Source: Lama guanicoe
Taxonomy: Eukaryota
Length of the DNA: 64,000 nt
Assembly (NCBI GenBank): GCA_013239625.1
Contig: MU054212.1
Location: forward strand, 806,001-870,000
Reading direction: 5' to 3'
Every line of letters starts with the position of its first letter. The stretch's first letter is position 1. The translations under genes and the position numbers were made by a program. The notes under the pieces were generated by a model that searched no databases, was not told where the DNA came from, and saw only the letters and a program-made list of their open reading frames with translations. Of the stretch, positions 54,252 to 64,000 are shown in pieces.

Positions 54252-54573
54252 AAAACAAAAACAAACAAACAAACAAAAACAAAGCATAAATACAGGACAG
54301 AAATAGACTCATGGACAGAGAATACAGACTTGTGGTTACCGGGGGGGTAGAGGGTGGGAAGGGATAGACTGGGATTTCAAAATTGTAGAATAGATAAACA
54401 AGATTACACTGTATAGCACAGGGAAATATACACAAAATGTTATGATAAATCACAGAGAAAAAAATGTGACAATGAGTGTGTATATGTCCATGAATGACTG
54501 AAAAATTGTGCTGAACACTGGAATTTGACACAACACTGTAAAATGATTATGAATCAATAAAAGTAAAAAAAAA
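51303..54573 (+). mobile_element. Young 5'-truncated LINE-1 (ORF2 from the post-endonuclease linker to the end, 3'UTR, short A tail)
   Basis: ORF2 motifs: PIP-like [27 protein letters not shown] (52548-52559) and [19 protein letters not shown]-rich 3'UTR tract at 54341-54373, AATAAA at 54556-54561. Imperfect TSD gaaaat[atgt]gtgtaatt (51285-51302) / gaaaatgtgtaatt (54575-54588). Confidence 0.95.
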
Positions 54574-54819
54574 GGAAAATGTGTAATTAATAAATGAATA
54601 TTAGCATGAGAGAAATATGGGTTTTAATTAGATTATCTATGCATACCTTCACTATAAGAAGTAGGAAATAGACTAATTCTCCGTTACTTTCAAGTTGCAC
54701 CATATGCTGTGTACAGAAGTGATGCCAAATAAGAGCAGGCAGAGTGGTGAGTAGGGAGAACAGCCTACTAACCAGCAGACTTACTCCCCTGTTTAGTGCA
54801 GGGCATTAATCTGACACAC

Positions 54820-55050
54820 ACTTATACAACACTTACTGAAGCCTGGTGCTGTTCTAAAACACCTTTCACAAACTGACTTCTTAATCCTCACAACCATTGA
54901 TGAAGGAGGTACTCCTAGCATGCTTATTGTACAAATGAGGAAACTGAAGCACAGAGAGGTGAAGTGATTTGTTCAAGGTCACACAGCTGGTGTGTGGTAA
55001 AGCCAGGCACTCTGGCTGCAGAGTTCATGCTCTTACCCGCTGTGCTGTGC
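54820..55050 (-). mobile_element. MIR SINE
   Basis: ttaatcctcacaacc...acaaatgaggaaactgaagcacagagaggtgaagtgatttgttcaaggtcacacagct. Confidence 0.75.
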
Positions 55051-55379
55051 TACCAACTGCTTTTCCCTCATTGTTCCAGCCAAACCCTACACCACCTCAC
55101 TCACTCCACTCATCCCCTTGGCGCCATTGATTTTCATGTCTGTATCCTCATTCGAACATAAGCTCCCTGAAAGTGGGGCCACATTTTCCTGTAGTTTGTC
55201 TTCCCTGTGGCAGCCTGTTGTAGACACTTTATAGATGCCTTTTGAAGAGGTTTTCAAAGGGCAGCACCATCATAGAATTTTCCCATTGGAGCAGCACCCT
55301 GATGGAAGTGCTGTTTGATAAAAAAAAAAATACCCAACTTTCAACAACCTGCCTTTGGAAGTCAGGTGTGGCCCTGGAG

Positions 55380-55606
55380 TGTTGAATTTCAAAGTAGAGG
55401 TGTCTGAGGCTGTGACTGAGACCAGGGACCAGGACTGGGTCACTCAAAGCTGGAAGAGGCAAGGAAGCCTCCTTCCTCCACAGATTTCAAAGGGAGCGGG
55501 GCCCTGCTGACACCCTGACTGCAGACTTTGAGCTTCCTGAGCTGTGAGACAATAAACTTCTGTTGTTCTAAGCCGCCCAGTTTGTGGTACTTTGTTACGG
55601 CAGCCC
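55380..55606 (+). mobile_element. MLT1 LTR 3' portion
   Basis: ctggaagaggcaaggaag...ctgtgagacaataaacttctgttgttctaagcc...tttgttacggcagcc. Confidence 0.75.
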
Positions 55607-55937
55607 GTCTTAGTCCATGTGGGCTGCCATAACAAAATACTATGGATTGGGTAGCTTGTAAACAACAGAAATTTATTTCTCACAGTTCTGGAGGCTGGGA
55701 AGTCCAAGGTCAAGGTGTGGGCAGGTTCGCTGTCTGGTGAGGACCCACTTCTTGTTTGTTGATGGCTGTTTTTTGCTGTCTGTCCTCATATGATGAGAAG
55801 GGTGAGGGGGTCTCTCTATTTATAAGGGCACTAATCCCACTTATGCAGGTGGAGCCCTCATCCTAATACCATCATCTAGTGAGTGAGCTCTTCACATATG
55901 AATCTGGGGAGGGGACACGGATATTCAGTCCATGGCA
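55607..55937 (-). mobile_element. MLT1A-like LTR, tail-to-tail with the preceding LTR
   Basis: gtcttagtccatgtgggctgccataacaaaatac...ctcacagttctggaggctgggaagtccaag...attcagtccatggca. Confidence 0.75.
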
Positions 55938-57382
55938 GTAACTTCATATTTAGGCCAGATAACCAGGCTGTCAGTCAGTCGGCAGTGTTTAGTGACCAGT
56001 CAGCATGTGAGTTATCTGTGTAAGGAACATCTGTGTAAGGGGGACTGGAGGATGGGGGCCTGGGGCTTCTGGGCAGTTCTAGAGGGGCTTTGCTTTTGAG
56101 ACTTTGCAGTCTGATAACTCAAAGTGTGGTCCCTGAACAGAGTGAGGAGAGCTCTTGGCTAAACAAACATTTAGGGATCACCCACATTGAGAGTAGCCCT
56201 TACATATGAAGAACATGTCAGTGGGGCATGAAGTAAGGACGGTCTAACGCAGGTGGGGTGGTACCAGTACCGTGAGCCTTGGATCCCTTGTTTAAGCAGA
56301 GCCCAGTGGTTGGGTGATTCCTGCACTAGTGAGGGCTCTGGGGGCTGTATCAGGGGAAGGGTGGGGTGGGATTGTGAAGCGAAAGATCCAATTCCTTATG
56401 TCCTGGGATTGGCTCTGCAGAGACTAAATATTGCTGAGAGGCTGTGTGTGTGCACAAAAGACGGTGGTGGCAAAGATTCTACACAGGGTAGTTTGCATAG
56501 TGATTTGATGAGAATGCAAAAATTCTAGGCTTTAAAACCTTTCTATATGTCTCACCTGTTTCTAGGCAGCGTCCCTATTCATTGTGACAGCTGATCACTT
56601 AATGTATCTCTAATGTGACATTGAATTATGAATGTTTTTAACCAGAAAAAGTAGCAGACAATGCTCGGAGACCTCATTAGGAAAATCTTTTAGTAAGATT
56701 GTCATGAACTAATTTTTTCTTTCTCTTGTTTTATTTCATTATCTTTTAGGTCAAATAGTAGGCTTTTATTTAAATAAAAATATATCTGTTGAATGCCCTT
56801 TTTCTAATAGAAATAACAGGACCTGATACAATCTTGGTTCCCTCTCCCTGAGCACCAGGCTGGCTTTGAAGCAACTGTTGGTACCCCTCACACATTTGGT
56901 GTTATAGGCGGCCTCGTTTTTCTTTGATCACTTGCTCGCCTTCATGCTGGAGTGCGTTTTTTCCGTGGCTGTTACATATGGCACCTGTCACTGTAGCTTA
57001 GGAGGATTGTAGCTGAAACAGAGCAGAGTAGAAAAGATGAGGCCAGGGCCTTCACGACCATGATACCAATGTTTATAAGCAACAGTTCTCCACCTTCACT
57101 GAAGACAAAATAAAAAGAGTGGTGTAGTGTTGCAGCATGAAGGATTGAGGTCAGCTGTGGAGAAGGACTGCCTTCAGTGCACTGCACTTCTGCAGGATTT
57201 TTAAAGAGGTAGGCGAGGTGGCCATCTCTAGGCAGAATCCTATGTGTGATCTTTTCGGCTCCACCACAGGCAAAATCCCAGGGCTTTATTGGCAGGACTT
57301 GTGGGGGCAGCTGCCCTCCCCACACCAGACGGAGTGCATTGCAATTTTCTGGAGGGAGTTACAGTCAAGGATTCAGGCCCTT

Positions 57383-57645
57383 GTGTACTCTATGTCTGTG
57401 AGTCTGTTTCTGTTTTATAAATAAGTTCATTTGTACTATTGTTTAGATTCCACATATAAGTGATACCATATAATGCTTGTCTCTCTGACTTACTTCACTT
57501 AATATGACAATCTCCAGGTCCATCCATGTTGCTGCAAATGGCGTTATTTCATTCTTTTTTCATGGCTGAGTAGTTTTCCATTGTATGTATACACCACGTC
57601 TTCTTTGTCCAGTCATCTGTTCACGGACACTTTGGGGGCTTCCGT
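57383..57645 (-). mobile_element. L1 ORF2-end / 3'UTR fragment
   Basis: Its reverse complement aligns by eye to about 54060-54330 of the young L1. Confidence 0.8.
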
Positions 57646-60600
57646 GTAAGTGAATAGTCTTGACTGTTACTTTCAGATCAGCTTGTTGTCCTCATTGACT
57701 ACCCAACACCTGGCAGTGTTCCCAGGGCTGCCAGCTTGTCTTTTGTGTGTGATCCCTAATGTAGCTTCTCCTTAAAGAAAGAACTGCTACCTGAAAGCAC
57801 CTACACAGGTACACATATTTGTGTGGAATATTCATCCACTAGTATATTTAACAAGTATTTATTGACATCTGTATGGCAGGATTTGAACTTCCATCATTCT
57901 ACTCCAAAATGCTTCTCTTTGAAACAAGTGAAAAAGAAAAAAAATCTCTGGAACTTGGTCTGAATGGACAGTTTTTGAGTAACAGGTATAAACTTTGCAG
58001 GTATTTGCTTATCTGCCTTTAAAAAATACCTGGGACCAACCTCGAGCCCCTTGTTTCATCTCTCAAATCCCTTTCTGCAGGAGCCCAGCATAGCAGGGGT
58101 GCAAAGCTCCCTCTCCCCAGTGGGGTGAAGCCTGCATGGGGGCCGCAGAGCTGGGTGCTCTCCTGTACTGTGTAGCCATCGCCCTTCACCCCTCCACACG
58201 CAGACCTAGAGGTGCTCAGGAAATGTACAGAATGCTCGTCTTAATTGTAGATAACCACGCCGATGTGCTTTGTGCCTCTCAGAAGGGAGAATGTTCTGAA
58301 TAAGATCTTTGCAAAGGAGCAATCCACGTTTGGAAATGGGCACACTCCAGAATGTTCTCCACATCAGGACTCCAGCTGGCTTGGGTCTGGGCACTTGAGA
58401 CAGTGCCTTGAAGGCACGTAACCTCAGGAGCCTCCGTGAGTGATGGCTCGGAGCGGGGTTCGTGGCAGCACAGATGTGGTGATAATGTGATGGGGGCTTT
58501 GATGGATGAGTGTGTTTTCCGTGCCGCCACAGGGCATGCCTCTCAGCTTCTGTCGGACAGGGTTCTCTCCTCAGCTGGGTCTCTTCCCACACATCTGGCC
58601 CTGGGCAGGTGTTTGGAAAAGCACATAATTGCTATTCCAGCGTGGCCTCACATGGCATCCAAATCTGAGACAGGCTCTTTGATGTAGCTTGCTGAGCAGC
58701 GAGGCCAGGATGGAAAGTGTTCTGGGCTGTGAGTTCCAGGGCCGGACCCACACACAGGTCTGGGTTCCTGCCTGTCCTGGCTAGGTGGTTTGAGGCGAGA
58801 CCCTGCACCTCGGTGAGTCTTCAATTCCGGGTCTTTGAGTTTTGAGGGCTTTGACCCGCATCTGAGAGCGCTGTGAAGATGAAGCAAGCAGAGCGTGGTG
58901 TGCCTCTCCCGGGCTCCCCAGGCCCTGTGCTCGCTGGGTCCCCCCACCTGCTGGTGACACGTCGGGTTTGAGACGTTTCTCTTCTCTGCCGCTGTCTCTT
59001 CGGGGCAGGGTCCCACTCTTAGTGTTTGTCCGCATCCAACACAGTGCCCTACACATTGGAGGCAATTTGGAAAAGTTGAAGAAATGACTATTCCAGTAAT
59101 AAAAGAGAAGTCATGTTAGGGACCGGTGCTGTAATCAGCCTCTCGTTTGTTAGAACGATATGGTGTTTGTCCTGTGACTTCAGCTGCAAAGTGTTATACA
59201 TGAGAGGCTTTTGGTTAAGGAGAATCATTGAAAATGTTAGCAACTAGGAGAGACTGTTTTTTCCCATCTTTCTAAAAAAGCATAGGTCACTCCGTGGGCC
59301 TCTGGGCAAACATTGGCTTGTCCTCTGGGGCCCTCCAGCCTTGGATCTCAACTCTGTTTAGCTGTTTATCTGAACAGCTTTGTCCCCGTTACTTCTAGCC
59401 CCTTCTAATCACATTTGCTATTTCCCACTTGACTAGGCTAACCATAGTCTTGACACAATTCAAAGCGTGAGCCCCTAGTCTTGTTTATCTTGCAGTATTC
59501 TCATCTCTGTGTCAAAAGCTTTTGCAGACAGAGATGTGAAAGAGCCCGCAGTAACCCACTCAGTGAAAACTTTGGGTCACACATTTGGTTTCACGCCAGG
59601 ATCAAATTTATCTTTGAACATTTAAAAATTACCTTCCAAGATGCCCACAAGGAGCAGAGCCACCCTTTCATCACAGCACATTTCTGGGGACGCTGCGGGT
59701 CTAAGTTTGCTTCTGCCTCCCCCTCCTCTGTGTTGGTTATGCCCTAAGATAATTTAATTGGGGAGCAAACACTTCAGTATGTGAATTCCACCCCTGGGTA
59801 AGCATGAGCCTTCGACCCAATTCAAATATTTTCAATATATATGAAAGGCTTTTTAGGTGGTAATGGTGGTGAAATTCTTCATGGCAAAAACACGCCAAAA
59901 AACCAAACCAAACCAAAACAGAAGCAAGAAAATCTGCCTACCAAAAAAGAGTAATTCATTTCAGAAGATGAGATATCAGTAGAACCCAATTTCAACAGAG
60001 ATGACAATGCCAAATAAATACCGCTCCAGGTAAAAATGGATTCCCATTTACCTACTAAATTAACTGCCAGCTACTCATTCTGGCATCCACAGCCCAGCCA
60101 CATCTCCCCCAGGGCACTTACCTTTCAAGTGTTGTCTTCCATTACTGGCGCTCTCGGTCAACTGGACCAGCTGGTCCCTGTGCCTTTGCTGGTGCTGGTT
60201 CCTCTGCCTGGAACACCTTCCCTGTTGCTGCTCACTGCCACTTACCAAGGTCCTGCCCATCCTCACAGGCAGCTGAAATCCCGCCTCTTCCACCCTGCCT
60301 TTCCTGAGCCCATGGACTGTCTACCCCCTTAGAACCAGCGCTCTACACTCCTGCCATCCCTGCTTCCCTTATGGTTATCTCTATGCTTGGCGCCTCCACT
60401 GGGACTGTGAGCGGGGATCTTCCCTGTATCTCAGTGCCTGATGCAGAGCCTGCAGAGGAGGATATGAAGACTTAAAAGGATTTGCTGAAGGGAAACATCT
60501 TTGCATCCCAAGCACAACAGGCTCTTCTTAAAGTGTCATACAAGACGAGAAAAACATAGCTGTAACAGATGGGAGATAAATATAATGTGTATCTTAGGAA

Positions 60601-60806
60601 CAGGAGAAACAGGTATAAACAGGTGATATGGTTTAAGATTAAATAAAAAAGAGATAGCCTTACTACTGTCTTCAGAAAACATGAATTTCAACAGCTGACA
60701 TCTCTAAACTGTATAAAGCAGTCTTTGTTTTGATTACCTCTTTGACTAAATTGAGAAGAAAAAGTTACTTGAAAAATAAAAAAAGAGCTTTTTTTTTTCT
60801 CCCCAG

Positions 60807-60959
60807 GGCCAGTTCTGTGACTATTGCAATTCTGAGGACCCCAGGAAAGCGCATCCAGTCACTAATGCAATCGATGGATCCGAACGTTGGTGGCAAAGCC
60901 CTCCTCTCTCCTCCGGGACACGGTACAACAAAGTCAGCGTCACCTTGGATCTAGGCCAG
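60807..60959 (+). CDS. LAMA3: LAMA3 exon 2 ([51 protein letters not shown]), LN domain
   Basis: Translated by hand. 153 nt after a long T/C tract ending ccccAG; donor CAG|GTCAGT. Contains the laminin LN motif AIDG..RWWQSP. Confidence 0.96.
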
Positions 60960-61204
60960 GTCAGTTACGCTTTCATGTGGGATGGGGAAAATTAGTTTGG
61001 ATCATTGTTCCGGTGGTTATTTCTGATAAAAAATAATAATTATTTTCAAAAACAAACTTCAGTTTTAATTCACTAATCATTGAGGGACCTGTTACATTAA
61101 TGCTCATGTCCCTCACCATTCCGTGCGGTTCGTCACAATGCAGACACCCACACCTGTCTATTAAATGAGTTAAAAATTAGTTGTAAGTAGTTTCATTGGC
61201 AAAG

Positions 61205-61670
61205 TTTTTTTTTTATTATTTTTTATCATGGTAAAGTACACGTAACATAAAACTACCATCTTAGCCACTTGCAGTGTACAGCTCAGGATGTCAAGTACAT
61301 TCACGTTGTCACTGTACCCAGTCTTCAGAGCTCTTCTTTCTCTTGCAAAACTGGCACTGTGTACTCATTAAACACTAACTCCTCATTCTGTTTTCTGTCT
61401 CTCTGAGTTTGACGACACTTGGTACCCCATGTAAGTGGAATCATATCATATGATCAAAATCAGCCTTTTGTGATTGGCTTGTTTCACTGAGCATAATGTC
61501 TTCAGGGTTCATGCATGATGCAGCTTGTGTCAGAATTTCCTTCCTTTTAAAGGCCAAGTAGCATTCCATTGTATGGTTACCACATTTTGTTTATCTGTTC
61601 ACCCATCAGTGGACACTTGGGTTGCTTCCATCTTTATGATGTTGTTAATAATGCTACTACGAACATGGGC
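61205..61670 (-). mobile_element. Old L1 3' end
   Basis: Poly-T followed by antisense L1 3' motifs (gtaagtggaatcata; gtggacacttgggttgcttcca). Confidence 0.7.
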
Positions 61671-61780
61671 ATGGCGAAGATATTTTTAGAGCGTTCCCTT
61701 TCCTGGAAATCCTGACTCCATGAACACTGACTACCATAGTTTTTAGCCTTATTTGGCCAACTGGCCCATGCCTATCCTGC

Positions 61781-62395
61781 TGTGGTAGGCTAAGATGGTC
61801 CCCAGCATGCTTCCCTCCTGGGGTACACGCCCCTCTCCTTTGAGTGTGGGCAGCACTGTAAATATGATGGATGTCACTTCCGTGACAAGGTGGCATTATA
61901 TGACAAAGAGGACGGGATTTTTCAGATGTGTTTAAGGTCCCACGTCAGTTGCTCAAAAGGAAGACTATCTTGAGGGACCTTTCCTAATTATGGGAGCTCT
62001 TCAAAGGGCCCTACCTCAAGGAAGAGGTTCAAAGCATGAGAAATTTTCCTGCTGACCTTGAAATGAAATTTTCCTGCTGACCCGTGGAGATGGCCATATG
62101 GTAAGGACCTAAGAATGGGTTCTAGAAGTTGAGAGTGGCCCGAGCCAACAGCCAGGAAAAAAGGAGGAACCTCAGTTCTACAACCATAAGGAACTGGATT
62201 CTGCCAACAACATGTGCAGACTTGGAAGCAGTGTTTCAGTTATTCAGTGGACACCTTGATTGCACTTGACCCTGAGCAGAGAACCTGGTCACACCATGTC
62301 CAGACTCCTGACATAAAGGTCTACAAGATAATAAGTGACGTGCTTTAAGCCACAAGCTGTGGTATTTTGTTTAGCAGCAATAGAAAGTTAATGCA
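61781..62395 (+). mobile_element. MLT1 LTR
   Basis: tgtggtaggctaagatggtcccc ... ctttaagccac...ttgtttagcagcaatagaaagttaatgca. Confidence 0.7.
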
Positions 62396-64000
62396 CATTT
62401 TCCTCCCCCTCTTTCAGACCAGGCAATGCCTCCCATCTATTTCACCCTATTTCTTCAACAGGTATTTCCTTAGTACCTTCTACATGCCAGGCACTGTTCT
62501 AGGTATTTGGGATACATAAGCAATTAAAAAAAGGGAAATGCATCCTGCAGACTGGAAATCAAATGGTACTGAGATTTATTCCAACAAATGTGTTATCTTC
62601 ATTTTGGTTGGGGATAGTTTGGTGGCAGGAGGGCTCTCCACCTCTTCTGCCCGTGTGTTGTGTTAAATCCGGCCTCTCCTGAGAATATTTTCACCCTCAA
62701 TTTGCATCTGAGATAATTCAGGGAGATCCAACATGGTTTGAAAAGACTCTATAACCCCAGTTTCAGCAATGGATTACTCTTATCCCTCTAGCATTAATTC
62801 AATAGAGAGTTTGCCTATAATGACTAGGATTTACTTACCGTACCATTTTTTTAAACTAGGGTTTCTATAGTTAACTGGGAATCCTAACCCATCAAAATGT
62901 TTACCAAACATACCGATGCTTGCTGGACTTGCTCTTTTTGCCTTAAAGCTATTTTTTAAAAACCTACCTTTTAAAAGTACCCTTTTGATGTACCTGAAAA
63001 ACCCCTCGTTAAGACAGCTGAATTAAAAAAAAAGCCCACCAGCATGAGAACAATTTAGTAGTTTGCTGGCGGCTGACAGACATGAGCTACGGCGAACATC
63101 TTCGGGACTGGTGCGCCCACCCACCTCCTTGCTGGCGGGGAGGCTGCTCTGTAGGTGGCTGAGAGTGTGTCTTGGAGTCCGCCCACCTCGGTTCGTGCCC
63201 TGGTGCCCTTCTTAGCTGCCGTGTGACCTGGAGCAACAGAAGTAACTGCTCTCTGCGGCAGTTTCCACATGTGTAAAGTGAGATAATATTAGTGCTCACC
63301 TCGTAGGACTGCCGTGAGGTTTGAATGAGTTAGCTGCTTTGTTTTGAAGCCTCTTCAGGCCGGTGGTTGGTAAGTTAAATTTTTATTTAATAGAATAAAG
63401 TAAACTTCAATAAACGCTCATTATGAAAACAGACCGACTCGTAACTTCTGCTCCTCTAGAAAACACTGCATATAATCCTGCAGAAAATACTCTAGAAATG
63501 TCTAGAAACAGGAAAAGCAACACAAGTTATGTCAGACAGAGGGTGTTTCTTTCCTCTTGTGTGCAGCAGTATGTGCTTTATTGAGCATGTTCTATCCTGT
63601 AAGGTTCATATTTTATGCTCCATTGGTGGGATCTGTATTTTCTCCTTTTTGTAGAGTTAACCGTGAAAGCGTCACTGAGAGGTTAGATTTCATAACTGAA
63701 TAGTGACCTACAGACCTTACATTTAGGAAGTGTGAATCTTGATGCATGGTTGGGAAATAAAATGCAGGCTATAAACTTGTTATCACTGAATTACTTTTTC
63801 CCAGCTACGGAGAACTGAAATTTGATTTCAGTTTGACAGTTTACGCTGTCATGAGGGGTCCATTTTCTCTGTCTCCTTGTGCACCACTTGGTTTTCGCTG
63901 TTGGTTTTCTTGGCCAACACAGTTTGACAAGTCAAAACATTGCCTTCAGGACTCGACCTTGAAGGGCCGTTTTCCCCCTTACACGGTGGCAAAGTAGGAA

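Noticed and set aside
51377..54531. Hydrophobic minus-strand ORFs
   Set aside because: Antisense shadows of the A-rich L1 ORF2 and 3'UTR.
51303..54573. Autonomous active L1 or a novel RT system
   Set aside because: No 5'UTR promoter, ORF1 or endonuclease domain. The RT is plainly L1 ORF2, not a retron, DGR or group II intron type.
1..64000. CRISPR arrays, operons or other prokaryotic systems
   Set aside because: The sequence is intron-exon mammalian DNA; no repeat-spacer periodicity was seen.

Overview
Mammalian genomic DNA, most likely camelid, judged from Vic-1-like tRNA-derived SINEs. It holds two divergently transcribed genes. On the minus strand are ANKRD29 coding exons 1-6 (ATG at 26102; the gene runs off the left edge). 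On the plus strand are the first two exons of the long LAMA3 (laminin alpha-3B) isoform (ATG at 43718; the gene runs off the right edge). Each start codon sits in a CpG island. The rest is intron and intergenic sequence rich in repeats: MIR/L2, old L1, MaLR/ERV LTRs, an ERV-L integrase relic and MER2/Tigger elements. The most unusual object is a young 5'-truncated, sense-oriented LINE-1 in LAMA3 intron 1 (about 51303-54573). A junction ATG plus a roughly 10-nt deletion give it a 986-codon ORF that lacks the endonuclease but keeps the RT. A cryptic splice acceptor 30 nt upstream would join this ORF in frame to LAMA3 exon 1. That chimera is a hypothesis, not a demonstrated system. Gene, repeat-family and species names come from recalled consensus sequences, not database searches, and old-repeat boundaries are approximate.
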